Of a stretch of DNA of 64,000 bases, positions 20,837-30,451 are shown in pieces. A program made the position numbers and the translations under genes. The notes beneath the pieces were generated by a model, which saw only the letters and a list, made by a program, of their open reading frames with translations, ran no database searches and was not told the origin of the DNA. The stretch comes from Terriglobia bacterium (GTDB lineage: Bacteria > Acidobacteriota > Terriglobia > 20CM-2-55-15): NCBI GenBank assembly GCA_965198225.1, contig CBDAOY010000008.1:928001-992000 (forward strand), read 5' to 3'. The stretch's first letter is position 1, and each line of letters opens with the position of its first letter.

Positions 20837-20915
20837 TCGACTCGCGCTCATAGGCTCGGACGACGGCCGAAATACGGCGCTTCCTTCCGGATCGTTCGGG
20901 TTATATTGACCAACT

Positions 20916-21774
20916 GTGAATAACGGTTGGCGCGCCCGCCTCTACGAAATCATCTTCGAACACGACACCTGGGAAGGAAAAGCGTTCGACGTCGCCTTGC
21001 TCTGGTCGATCGTCCTGAGCGTTCTGGCCGTGATGCTCGAGAGCGTGGCCTCGATTCACGCCGAATACGGAACTCCCCTTCGCTGGATCGAGTGGGTGTT
21101 CACGATTCTGTTCACCGCGGAGTATGCCCTCCGACTCGTCTGCGTTCCAAGCCCGCGTCGGTACGCGCTGAGCTTTTTCGGGGTCGTCGACTTGATGGCG
21201 GTGGCTCCCACCTACCTCAGCCTTCTTCTTCCGGGGACACAATCGCTTCTCGTCATCCGCGCCCTTCGACTGCTGAGGGTCTTCCGCGTGCTCAAGCTGG
21301 GTCATTACCTCCGGGAAGCCGAGGTGCTGAACCGTGCCATCCGCTCCAGCGGGCAGAAGATCACCGTTTTTCTCTCCGTCGTGCTGATCGTCGTCCTCGT
21401 GATCGGTGCGATGATGCACCTCATCGAGGGCGAGGCCAACGGATTTACGAGCATTCCTAGGAGCGTGTACTGGGCGATCGTGACCATGACTACGGTCGGG
21501 TACGGCGACATTGCACCTCAGACGGTCGTCGGTCAGATTCTGTCACCCGTGCTCGATTTCGCGTTCAAGCGCTTCGGTTCTGATGATTACGGGCTACGGG
21601 GTGATCGCGGTTCCCACGGGGATCGTTACCGTCGAACTCGGCCATGCGGTCCGGTCGCGCTCCGGGGCTCGGACTTGCGGGGCGTGTGGGGAGACCGGGC
21701 ACGATGTCGACGCCCACTACTGCAAGTACTGTGGCAATCCCCTGGAGGCTGTCGCCGATCAGTTCGTTCGGTAG
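20916..21774 (+). pseudogene. voltage-gated K+ channel (ion transporter) disrupted by a 28-bp insertion
   Basis: S4 RALRLLRVFRVLK, filter TTVGYGD; S6 continues in another frame (ASVLMITGYGVIAVPTGIV...CGAC...CKYCG) after extra sequence at about 21543-21570. Confidence 0.85.
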
Positions 21775-22259
21775 TTGGTGACCTGGATGTCGATGCCGTA
21801 GTCGTCTTCCTTGATCAGCTGAATCGTGTCCTGAAGAAGATCCCGACTCTTGCCACTGACGCGCACCAGATCTCCCTGGATCGATGCCTGGACCTTCAAC
21901 TTGCTCTTCTTGATCTTCTTGACGATCTCCCGGCACTTCTCGATCGGGATACCATTCTGGATGGAAATCTCCTGCCGGACCGTGGCCCCGGCGGCATCCT
22001 CGACCGCCCCGTAGGTCAGACCCTTCAACGGAACTTTCCGCCGGACGAGTTTTTGTTCGAGCACGTCGTTGACTGCCTTGAGCTTGTAGTCGTCGGCGCT
22101 GGAGACGATGAGCTTGTGCTCCTTTTCATCGAGTTCGACCCTCGAGCCGGAGCCTTTCAGGTCGAATCGGGTTGCCACTTCCTTCCGGGTCTGCTGGACG
22201 GCATTGCCCACTTCGGCCAGATCGATCTTGGAAACGATGTCGAAGCTGTTAACTGCCAT
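21759..22259 (-). CDS. yajQ: YajQ family cyclic-di-GMP-binding protein
   Basis: SFDIVSKIDL, RFDLKGS, IQGDLVRVSGKSRDLLQ, NYR. Confidence 0.95.
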   Translation of the reverse strand: MAVNSFDIVSKIDLAEVGNAVQQTRKEVATRFDLKGSGSRVELDEKEHKLIVSSADDYKLKAVNDVLEQKLVRRKVPLKGLTYGAVEDAAGATVRQEISIQNGIPIEKCREIVKKIKKSKLKVQASIQGDLVRVSGKSRDLLQDTIQLIKEDDYGIDIQVTNYRTN

Positions 22260-22326
22260 GCGTTGTGATGTCCGGTGTGATCGCAGGGAAGGCCGGGACG
22301 GCGCTGGAACCATCCCGGCCGAATCG

Positions 22327-22752
22327 TCAGAAGGGGATGTCGTCGTCGCTGATCGTCGAACCGCCCGCGGCGGCCTGCTCGGGTGCCGGTCGACGTCCAC
22401 CATCGCCGCCGCCTCCCGGTGATCCCAGCAAGACCATGTCCCGCGCGCGAATGTCGTAAGAGGTCCGCTTGTTTCCGTCCTGGTCCTCCCACTGCCTCGA
22501 TTGGATGCTCCCTTCGATGTACACCAGACGGCCCTTGGCCAAGTACTGCCCGCAGATCTCGGCGAGACGTTCCCACGCGACGACGTTGTGCCACTCGGTC
22601 CGCTCCTGGCGCTCGCCCGAGTTTTTGTCTGTCCACGAGTCGTCGGTCGCCATTGAAAACCGGCAATAGGCGGTACCGCCGGCCGTGTACTTCAACTCCG
22701 GGTCCCGGCCGAGGCGGCCGATCAGGGTTACTTTGTTGATAGATTTCGCCAT
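22327..22752 (-). CDS. ssb: single-stranded DNA-binding protein
   Basis: INKVTLIGRLGRDPE, TEWHNVV, acidic DDDIPF tail. Confidence 0.98.
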   Translation of the reverse strand: MAKSINKVTLIGRLGRDPELKYTAGGTAYCRFSMATDDSWTDKNSGERQERTEWHNVVAWERLAEICGQYLAKGRLVYIEGSIQSRQWEDQDGNKRTSYDIRARDMVLLGSPGGGGDGGRRPAPEQAAAGGSTISDDDIPF

Positions 22753-22811
22753 TTTTATCGTTCCTCTTCCGCCGCTCATCTGGAAGCGGCACCTTGCCCT
22801 GGTCGCAAAAC

Positions 22812-23597
22812 CTACCGGTCGCCGGTCAGCTCGTCGATCTTCTGCTGGGCACTCGCTGCTTCGGTGCTGTCTGGAAAATCAGAAACGACTTGGCGAAGGT
22901 AGGTCAGCGCGTCCTCAGTTTCGTCGAGTTCGGCCAGGGCCAGGCCTTTCTTGTACAGGGCAGTGACCTTTTTAACGCTGTTGGGATACTTCTGCAACAG
23001 CAAATCGTACTCGATGATCGCCTGGTCGTATTCCCGCTGGTTGAAGTGGACGTCGCCCATGTAGAGTTGGGCCTCAGCCGCTCGGGAGCTCGTTGGATAA
23101 CTGTCGAGGTATTCCCGGAAACCCTCCGTCGCCAACTCGTAGTTCCCGGATAGGAAGTCCGTCACAGCCAACCGCATCAACCCTTCCGGAGATTCCAACT
23201 GCTCCGCTGTCGTCTGCATCGTCGTCAGCTGCTGCGCCATCCCGTTGACCTCACCGCGCAGCTCGCCCAGACTCCGATCCATGATCTCGACGTCGTCCCG
23301 CAGGTTGGACATCAGGACGCGCATCTCACCGCTGAGCCTGTCGTTGCTGGTCTGGACGTCATTCAGAGTGCCGGTGATGCGATCGACGGTTCCGGCGAGC
23401 GAAACGACACGGTCGTAAAGCTGCTCGACCAGATTCTGGACGACGGTGTTCCGGTCATCGAGGCTGTTCTGGATCTCGGTGACCTGCTGCGTCAGACGAA
23501 TGATGTCGGCCTGAAGCTGGACGATCTCCCTCCGCTGCCCCAGGGCCGGGCTCGCCGCAACCAGAAGCGCGAAGGCGACGAGGAATGGCTTTCTCAT
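22812..23597 (-). CDS. cpoB: Tol-Pal system TPR protein
   Basis: Signal peptide, coiled coil, TPR (YP.S..A..AQ.YMG); downstream of pal. Confidence 0.85.
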   Translation of the reverse strand: MRKPFLVAFALLVAASPALGQRREIVQLQADIIRLTQQVTEIQNSLDDRNTVVQNLVEQLYDRVVSLAGTVDRITGTLNDVQTSNDRLSGEMRVLMSNLRDDVEIMDRSLGELRGEVNGMAQQLTTMQTTAEQLESPEGLMRLAVTDFLSGNYELATEGFREYLDSYPTSSRAAEAQLYMGDVHFNQREYDQAIIEYDLLLQKYPNSVKKVTALYKKGLALAELDETEDALTYLRQVVSDFPDSTEAASAQQKIDELTGDR

Positions 23598-23610
23598 GGT
23601 GACTCCCGGA

Positions 23611-24405
23611 CTACTGCCGCGTGACGAATGCCGCTCGACGATTCTGCTGGTAGCAGCCCTCGGTCGTGGCTGTGCAGACGGGCCTCTCTTCACCGAAACT
23701 GACAGTGCTGATGCGTGACTCCGCGATCCCTTGCTCTACGAGGAACTGGCGGACGGCGTTGGCCCTCAGGTCGCCAAGACCGATATTGTATTCCTGGCTA
23801 CCGCGTTCGTCGGCGTGACCGCTGACGGTGAATCGGACACCGCGATTCTGCTGCAGGAAGCGGGCGTTCGCCTGAAGGCGTCCCACCTGGTCGGGGCGAA
23901 TCTCCGACCTGTCGTAGTCGAAGAGGATCGCTTGAACGTTGTCTCGGAAGAGCTCCTCGATGGTTGGCTCCGGCGTGCTTGGTAAGGGCGGGGCGGCCGG
24001 CGGGGGAGCCGGGACGCTGACGGTAACGCGGACCGTGTCAGTTGACGTTCCGCCCGCTCCTGTGGCCGTCGCCGTGTAGGTAACCGACGAAGAGGGACTG
24101 ACGTCCCTGCGGCCCGACGTGCCAACCGTGCCGACGCCGGGCTCGATACGGACCGAATCCGCATTCCGAGCTTGCCACGCTAGCGTCGTTTCTTCCCCGC
24201 GGTCGATGCTGGAAGGTTGGGCGCTGAGCGAGATGGCCGGGGCGGCTGGCGGTGGTGGCTCCTCAACCGGCGCGGGCGGAGGAGGCGGCGGTGGTGGAGC
24301 GACCGGCTTCCGGCATGAAAATGAAAACAGTCCAACCAGGACAAGAACGACGACCAACCCGGTCCCTGATCTTTGGATCACTCCATTTGAATTCGCCGAT
24401 TTCAT
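23611..24405 (-). CDS. pal: peptidoglycan-associated lipoprotein (OmpA-like C-domain, extended N-terminus)
   Basis: Lipobox-like FSFSC, FDYDRS, GHADERGSQEYN..LG..RA, SFGEERP, NRRA. Confidence 0.92.
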   Translation of the reverse strand: MKSANSNGVIQRSGTGLVVVLVLVGLFSFSCRKPVAPPPPPPPPAPVEEPPPPAAPAISLSAQPSSIDRGEETTLAWQARNADSVRIEPGVGTVGTSGRRDVSPSSSVTYTATATGAGGTSTDTVRVTVSVPAPPPAAPPLPSTPEPTIEELFRDNVQAILFDYDRSEIRPDQVGRLQANARFLQQNRGVRFTVSGHADERGSQEYNIGLGDLRANAVRQFLVEQGIAESRISTVSFGEERPVCTATTEGCYQQNRRAAFVTRQ

Positions 24406-24440
24406 TCGCGAGCCTCCCTTTCGAGTGTTGCAGAATGGTG

Positions 24441-25991
24441 CTACCGCCGAGCCTGGCGCCCGATGTATCCGGACCACGCTGGCCCCACGTTGTTTCCCTC
24501 GTTCGTCAGCTGGCGGACCTTCGTTCCGTCCGCCAGCATCGAGTAAATGTGTCGTCTTCCGCCGCGGTTGGACTCAAAGGCCAGGTGCCGTCCGTCGGGC
24601 GACCATGTCGGTCGCTCATTATTCCGGACGTTCTGGGTCAACTGCACATTCCGACCCGATGCCAGGTCGTGCAGGTAGATATCGTAGTTTCTCGTACCTC
24701 GCTTCTGCCATGCAAATGCAATCGTCTGCCCGTCAGGCGACCAGGCGGGATTGACGGCGGATCCCCTGCCGCGGACGATCTGCCGCACGTTGCCACCCTG
24801 GGCGTCAACGATGTAGATCTGGGTGGACCCGTCGCGGTCGGACACGAAGGCGATCTGTTCGCCCGTTCTTGGATTCCACACCGGAGAGGTGTCCACCCCC
24901 CTCGACGTCGTCAACCGCCGTAGATTACGCCCCCGCGAGTCCGATACGTAGATCTCCGGGTCGGGTTGGCCGCGTACCTTTCCCATGCTGGACGAAAACG
25001 CGAGCCGGGTTCCATCGGCCGACCAGCTCGGCGTCGTCGTGGTTCCTTCGAACTCGGGGAATGCGAAGCCACGTCGGTCGATTCGAGAGACGATCGCGAC
25101 ATCGGCTTTGTTCCGCTCCCAGCTCGTGAAAGCAATCCGCTCGCCGTCGGGCGACCAACTGGGTGTCAGCGCGAGGTCGCGAACCGTTGTCAACTGGAAC
25201 TGGTTGTGACCGTCGTAGTCCATGACGAAGATCTCTTTTGCACCGCGTCCTGTGCGGTCGGACACGAAGGCGATTTTGGTCTTTGAAACACCACGGATGC
25301 CTCCGCCCAGGGCCTCGATGATCATGTCCGCCCACTCATGGGCAACCTGCCGCACGGCATTGTCTCCCGACGGCACGCGGAAACGCTGGCCCGGCAGTAT
25401 CGCTTCGCGGTCTTCGATGCGCGTCTTCAGGTCCCAGAGCCTCGACTCGACTACGAAATTACCCCGCTCTACCGTCGCGTTCCCGAATGAGACGAACTGT
25501 GCGTCGACCGCGGTCGTGGTCCAGGCCGTAGCGTCGATGTCAATCGGGCGGCCGAAACGGCCGAGCGGGTAGAAACTCCGGCTGACGAGATTAACGACGC
25601 CGGAAAAATCCAGGTCGTCCCAGAGGGTTTCGTTGAATGTCCGCGTGTACTCGGCTCCCTGAGGACCACCGCCTCCCCGAAACTGGAACTCGGGCAGCGC
25701 CAGCCTCACCGAGCCTGCCCCTGTTCGAGTGCCGGTGACGATCTGTGCCTGCTCGGAACCCAGGCTCCACACGGGCAGAAGCAGGGCGACGAAGAACGCA
25801 GCTTTCTTGAAGGTCAGCCCGCTTTTCTCACCGGTTGTCGCAACGAAGAGTCGGAGACGCCGCCAGGACAAGGCGCGCGCGGGCCGCGTGTCTGGTTCAA
25901 GTACCGCGGTCGACCCTTCGCGCACCACAGTCCTGGTGGATGTATCCGGCGCTGCAGCAGACCACTGGTGGGAAAATCGGGCTAATCTCAT
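24441..25991 (-). CDS. tolB: Tol-Pal beta-propeller protein with an in-frame repeat insertion near the N-terminus
   Basis: PD40 repeats (PSWSPDG), TKIAFVSDR, DYDG; ATG overlaps the upstream stop; codons 3-59 contain the palindromic insert. Confidence 0.93.
   Translation of the reverse strand: MRLARFSHQWSAAAPDTSTRTVVREGSTAVLEPDTRPARALSWRRLRLFVATTGEKSGLTFKKAAFFVALLLPVWSLGSEQAQIVTGTRTGAGSVRLALPEFQFRGGGGPQGAEYTRTFNETLWDDLDFSGVVNLVSRSFYPLGRFGRPIDIDATAWTTTAVDAQFVSFGNATVERGNFVVESRLWDLKTRIEDREAILPGQRFRVPSGDNAVRQVAHEWADMIIEALGGGIRGVSKTKIAFVSDRTGRGAKEIFVMDYDGHNQFQLTTVRDLALTPSWSPDGERIAFTSWERNKADVAIVSRIDRRGFAFPEFEGTTTTPSWSADGTRLAFSSSMGKVRGQPDPEIYVSDSRGRNLRRLTTSRGVDTSPVWNPRTGEQIAFVSDRDGSTQIYIVDAQGGNVRQIVRGRGSAVNPAWSPDGQTIAFAWQKRGTRNYDIYLHDLASGRNVQLTQNVRNNERPTWSPDGRHLAFESNRGGRRHIYSMLADGTKVRQLTNEGNNVGPAWSGYIGRQARR
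25816..25983. mobile_element. 168-bp palindromic/MITE-like element (family B) inside tolB
   Basis: Terminal IRs AGCCCGCTTTTCTCACCGGTTGTC vs AGCCCGATTTTCCCACCAGTGGTC (20/24); removing it restores MRLTFKKAAFF... Confidence 0.8.
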
Positions 25992-26815
25992 TGCTTGGTG
26001 TACTCGAACCAGAAACTGACCTGGACGCTTCGTCCCCGAAATCCAGTCGGAAGCGGCGCCAGCGGACTGGATGCGAAGACGGCGCGTTGAGCTGAGCGGT
26101 CGAGGGAGCGATTTCCGCTAGTCTCGGAGATCTCGACGTTCGTAATCGAACCGTCACGCAGGATATCAAAACTCATGTAGATTCGCGGCGCTCGCCGAAG
26201 GTTTACGTCCACCGTCGACTGAAGCCAGTTCTCGGAGATCCTTCGAGTGATGGCCTCTACGTAGCCCCCGTACAGCTCTCCGAATGCACCCTCGCCGATC
26301 GCCCCGACGCCGGTGCCTTCTCCACCGGGCTGGCCGTAGTTGATGGCCGGACGACCGCCTTCGCCGAACGGAACGGCGTTGTCGACATCGGGTTCCGCCT
26401 CCGGTTCCGACTCATCGGGTGGGGGACCGGGCGGGGGAATGGTCTCGGGCGGAGGGGCTGGAGGTGTCGTTTCGAACGATGCCGTCGTCTCCGGGACCGG
26501 TTCGGCTTCCGGGACGGGTCCTTCCGGCGTCGGTTCCGACTCCACTGCGGGTTCCGGCTCCGATTCATGGAAACCGGCGGATTCGTTGGCAACGGCTTCA
26601 TCATTGACGACGGCCGGGGCCGGCAGCGGCACACCGGAGATGCTGGCAACGATCTGCACGCTCATTCCTTCACCCCCGGCGTTCTCTGAACCCCAACTGA
26701 TTCCACCGAAGGCGGGGAAGATCGCCGGAGACAGCACGACGATTGAGGCCAGAACGACATGCAGCAGGAGTGACATCAACACGCCGCGGTCGAAGCGCTC
26801 GTGGTCCCTCGTCAT
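25988..26815 (-). CDS. TonB/TolA family energy transducer
   Basis: TM with SLLLH motif, Pro/Glu-rich linker, TonB_C-like (SGNRSLDRSAQRAV). Confidence 0.9.
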   Translation of the reverse strand: MTRDHERFDRGVLMSLLLHVVLASIVVLSPAIFPAFGGISWGSENAGGEGMSVQIVASISGVPLPAPAVVNDEAVANESAGFHESEPEPAVESEPTPEGPVPEAEPVPETTASFETTPPAPPPETIPPPGPPPDESEPEAEPDVDNAVPFGEGGRPAINYGQPGGEGTGVGAIGEGAFGELYGGYVEAITRRISENWLQSTVDVNLRRAPRIYMSFDILRDGSITNVEISETSGNRSLDRSAQRAVFASSPLAPLPTGFRGRSVQVSFWFEYTKQ

Positions 26816-27234
26816 TGAACGCCTTCGTTCAACGGCTGGGTCACGACACTGATGTTTTCGATACCCACCTGGTTCAGTCGGTCCATGACGACGGTGATCG
26901 TGCCAAAGGGAACCGATTCATCGGCCCTGAGGTAGACGCTCCGGCTGTCGGGATCGCTGATGCGGTCCAGGATCAGGGGCCCCAGCTCATTGATGTTGAC
27001 GCGTTCGTTCTGCAGGTAGAGGTACTGCTCGCGATCGATGGACACCACGAGTTTCTCTTCGGCCAGCTCGCGAACGACCTGTGTCCGGGGAACGTCTATA
27101 TCGATGCCGGATTGAATCACCGGAGCGGTAATCATGAAGATGATCAGGAGAACGAGCATGATGTCGATGAAGGGGATCATGTTGATCTCCGACAGTTCGG
27201 TCCTGGTTCTCCCTTCCCGCGTCGTAAACGCCAT
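26812..27234 (-). CDS. tolR: TolR/ExbD biopolymer transport protein
   Basis: EINMIPFIDIMLVLLIIFMITAP, LRADESVPFG; tol-pal context. Confidence 0.9.
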   Translation of the reverse strand: MAFTTREGRTRTELSEINMIPFIDIMLVLLIIFMITAPVIQSGIDIDVPRTQVVRELAEEKLVVSIDREQYLYLQNERVNINELGPLILDRISDPDSRSVYLRADESVPFGTITVVMDRLNQVGIENISVVTQPLNEGVQ

Positions 27235-27271
27235 CGTTACTCCTATGGCGAGTGAGCTGAACCGTTACAGA

Positions 27272-27982
27272 TCACTCCAGTCCGCTCCTCTCGGCCAGCG
27301 CCAGAAACTCGACTTGAAGATCATCCAGCTGGCCACCGAGGCTCCGGATCTCGGCCACGAAATAATTGTAGGCCACCACCGCGGGAATAGCTGCAAAAAG
27401 GCCGAAGGCCGTCGCGATCAGGGCCTCGGCGATTCCGGGTCCGACGGCGCTCAGGGTCGTCACATTTTGATTGGCCAGGCCGGCGAAGGATCCGATCACA
27501 CCCCAGACCGTGCCGAACAGGCCGATGAACGGCGTGACGGCCGCCGTCGTGGCCAGAAACGTCATCCGGGCCTCCAATTCCGTCAACTGCGCTGCCGACG
27601 CCCGGAGGAGCCCTCGCTGGACTGTCGTCGCGCTCGCTGCCCTCAGCAAGACCCCGTTGCTCTCGGGGGAGCGGATGGGACCAACCATTTCGAAACCGGC
27701 ATCGAAGACCGGGACAAGTGGAGTGAAGTGCAATGTCTCGCAGGCGGTGCTGATCTCCGACAGGCTGTGCCCCTTGCGAAAAATGCGCCAGAAGACCTCC
27801 GATTCCTTCCGGATCTTCCGGATAAGCAGGGTCTTGGAGATAATGACCCCCCAGGACCCGACTGAGAACACCAGCAGGATCACCAGGATGATTCGTGACA
27901 GCAGACCGGTGCTTTCCAGGAGCTCGACAATACTGGCACCGCCCTGCAGGATCATCGAGGCTGGGTATGTCATCGCGGTCAA
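27272..27982 (-). CDS. tolQ: TolQ/ExbB (MotA family) protein
   Basis: TPFIGLFGTVWG, GIAEALIATA.GL.AAIPAV.AYN. Confidence 0.92.
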   Translation of the reverse strand: MTAMTYPASMILQGGASIVELLESTGLLSRIILVILLVFSVGSWGVIISKTLLIRKIRKESEVFWRIFRKGHSLSEISTACETLHFTPLVPVFDAGFEMVGPIRSPESNGVLLRAASATTVQRGLLRASAAQLTELEARMTFLATTAAVTPFIGLFGTVWGVIGSFAGLANQNVTTLSAVGPGIAEALIATAFGLFAAIPAVVAYNYFVAEIRSLGGQLDDLQVEFLALAERSGLE

Positions 27983-28138
27983 ACCAGGCCTCCTTCATGA
28001 CAGAGACGTCGCGGGCGCGCATTCGGTTGCCCGGCCGCAAGTAAATTTATCGTTCTTCGCGTCGTCACACGAAACGGTGTAGGCAGCGTCAGCTTCGTCA
28101 TTGCAAGACGTCGTTGGTTGACATATAAACGCTCAGGT

Positions 28139-29776
28139 ATGCTCCAGCTGCTCCGCGTCCGAAATTTCGCGCTCATCGATGAACTCGAACTGGAATTCGA
28201 AAAGGGCTTCAACCTCCTCTCCGGCGAAACAGGGGCCGGAAAATCCTTGATCGTCGACGCGCTTTCGCTCCTTGCGGGAGCGAAAGCATCACCCGACATG
28301 ATCCGAACTGGCGAGCAACGCGCCATCATCGAAGCCGTGTTCCAAGCTCCGGCGGACCTCGACCTGGAGTCGGTCGGCATCGATGCCGAAGACGACGAGG
28401 TCATCGTCAGGCGCGAGATCTCCTCGGGCAACAAGAACCGGGTCTACATCAACAGCCAGCCCAGCACTGTAGGCGCCCTTCGGGCTCTCGCACCCGCTCT
28501 TCTCGACATTCACGGGCAGCACGAACAGCAGACGCTGCTCAATGTGGGCCGCCAACTCGCTCTCATCGACCGCGCCAGCGACGCCGGAACCCTTGGCGAG
28601 CAGGTCCGTGCTTTCTACGACGCGCTACGACGTCTGGAAGACGAACTGTCGGCGCTGACGAGGGCGGAATCGGAAACACTGCAGCGCACCGACCTGTTGC
28701 GGTTCCAGCGCGACGAGATTGAAGGCGTCAACTCTCGGCGCGGCGAAACCGAGGACCTCCGGGAACGTGTCCGAGTCCTCGAGCACTCGGGGAAGCTGCT
28801 CGAAACCGCTTCCGACAGCTACCAGACGCTGTATGAAGCCGAATCCTCGGTGCTCTCGATGCTGGCGGCGGTCGAAAAGAGGCTGCGAGAAGTCGCCGCC
28901 TACGACTCGAGACTCGGGAGCATCGTCGAACAATCAGCGTCCGCAAGCGCCAGTGTCGAAGACATGGCCTTCGCCCTGCGGGACTACTTGCAGAACATCA
29001 ACGCGGATCCGGCCGAACTCGAACATCTCCAGGGCCGGCTTGCAGAGCTAGAGCGACTGCACCGCAAATACGGTCCGGATTTATTCGTACACTTGGCAAA
29101 AGTAATCCGGGAGCTGGACAATTTAGGTCTTACGGACACCAGGAAAACGGATATCAAGAGGCAGTTGACTGAGTTACGCGACAATTACGCCCGGGTGGCA
29201 GCGGAGCTTCGCGTCATTCGGCATCGAGTTTCGACGAAGCTGGAACAGTCTGTTACAGGAGAACTTCGGTCGCTGGCCATGCCGAGTGCGGACTTCTCGA
29301 TCCGCTGGGAGTCTATAGAGCCTTCCGCGACCGGTATCGATCTCCCGGTTCTTCTGCTGGCTCCGAACCCGGGCGAAGAGGCCGCTCCGCTTTCCCAGAT
29401 CGCTTCGGGCGGAGAACTCTCACGCGTCATGCTGGCCCTGCGGACGGTCATGGCAATGGATGGTGGGGATAAGTCGCTGGTTTTCGATGAGATCGACGCC
29501 GGAATCGGCGGGGAAGCCGCCGAGACCGTCGGGCGCAAACTCCGAGAGCTTTCCGCGTCCTACCAGGTCCTTTGTGTCACGCACCTGTCCCAGATCGCCC
29601 GTTTTGCCGATCACCACTACAGGATAGAGAAACTGGTCGTCGATGGCCGGACCGTGACGCGTTCAGAAACGCTGGATGGCACCGCACGCGTTGAGGAACT
29701 CGCCCGTATGATGAGCGGCCCCAACGTCAGTGACGCGGCCCGCCGCCATGTAAAGGAACTACTCAAGCGGCAATAA
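28139..29776 (+). CDS. recN: DNA repair protein RecN
   Basis: GETGAGKS, DIHGQHE, ASGGELSR, FDEIDAG, VTHL.Q. Confidence 0.98.
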   Translation: MLQLLRVRNFALIDELELEFEKGFNLLSGETGAGKSLIVDALSLLAGAKASPDMIRTGEQRAIIEAVFQAPADLDLESVGIDAEDDEVIVRREISSGNKNRVYINSQPSTVGALRALAPALLDIHGQHEQQTLLNVGRQLALIDRASDAGTLGEQVRAFYDALRRLEDELSALTRAESETLQRTDLLRFQRDEIEGVNSRRGETEDLRERVRVLEHSGKLLETASDSYQTLYEAESSVLSMLAAVEKRLREVAAYDSRLGSIVEQSASASASVEDMAFALRDYLQNINADPAELEHLQGRLAELERLHRKYGPDLFVHLAKVIRELDNLGLTDTRKTDIKRQLTELRDNYARVAAELRVIRHRVSTKLEQSVTGELRSLAMPSADFSIRWESIEPSATGIDLPVLLLAPNPGEEAAPLSQIASGGELSRVMLALRTVMAMDGGDKSLVFDEIDAGIGGEAAETVGRKLRELSASYQVLCVTHLSQIARFADHHYRIEKLVVDGRTVTRSETLDGTARVEELARMMSGPNVSDAARRHVKELLKRQ

Positions 29777-29844
29777 CTTGCAATTTCAGGGTCCTGGAAT
29801 ATACATTGCAAGGTGACGACACCGACAAGACCGAGGAGACAACC

Positions 29845-30327
29845 TTGGAAGTCGAGATGAAGATTCGGGGTCTGATGATGGACCCGATCACGAACATGCC
29901 GATCGTGATCCTCAAAGAAGCCACGGGTTCGGCAATCCTGCCTATCTGGGTCGGCGTGTCCGAAGCGAACGCGATCGCCCTGGAAATCGAGAAAGTCGTC
30001 ACCCCACGCCCGATGACGCACGACCTTCTGAAGAATGTCCTGATCGGCCTCGACAGCCACGTTCACAAGATCGTCGTGACCTCGATCAAGGACGACACAT
30101 TCTACGCCGTCATCTGGATTCAACGCGACGGGCAGCTGGTTTCCGTCGATTCCCGGCCGAGCGACGCTTTGGCCCTGGCGCTGCGGATCGACTGTCCGAT
30201 ACTCGTGGAGGACGAGGTCCTGCAGAACGCGAAGGGCCAGGCCAACGGCACCGAGAAAATCCCCAACGAAGAGCTCAAGCGTTGGCTCGACATGAACGAC
30301 GAGGACCTCGGCAAGTACAAGATGTAG
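29845..30327 (+). CDS. bifunctional nuclease family (DUF151) protein
   Basis: LPIWVG..EA.AI, PRPMTHDL, DSRPSDALALA; GAGGAG RBS before TTG 29845. Confidence 0.92.
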   Translation: MEVEMKIRGLMMDPITNMPIVILKEATGSAILPIWVGVSEANAIALEIEKVVTPRPMTHDLLKNVLIGLDSHVHKIVVTSIKDDTFYAVIWIQRDGQLVSVDSRPSDALALALRIDCPILVEDEVLQNAKGQANGTEKIPNEELKRWLDMNDEDLGKYKM

Positions 30328-30372
30328 GTGTACAGGCTTACCCGCCGCGATACCAGCCTCAGCAGCAATCAG

Positions 30373-30443
30373 TGTAGGTGCGGTCTATGACCGCACTCCT
30401 TGTGGCTCCGCGGGCATCTGTGCGCTCATAGAGCGCACCTACA
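30373..30443. repeat. GTAG-family REP doublet (REPIN-like)
   Basis: TGTAGGTGCGGTCTATGACCGCAC and inverted GTGCGCTCATAGAGCGCACCTACA, each self-palindromic, between convergent genes. Confidence 0.85.
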
Positions 30444-30451
30444 CCGCAGGA

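Noticed and set aside
20916-22268. 450-aa K+ channel ORF as listed in the track
   Set aside because: Its C-terminal half is out-of-frame read-through antisense to yajQ, caused by the 28-bp insertion
28020-28138. LexA box upstream of recN
   Set aside because: Only an imperfect GTTC-N7-CGTC match; not supportable
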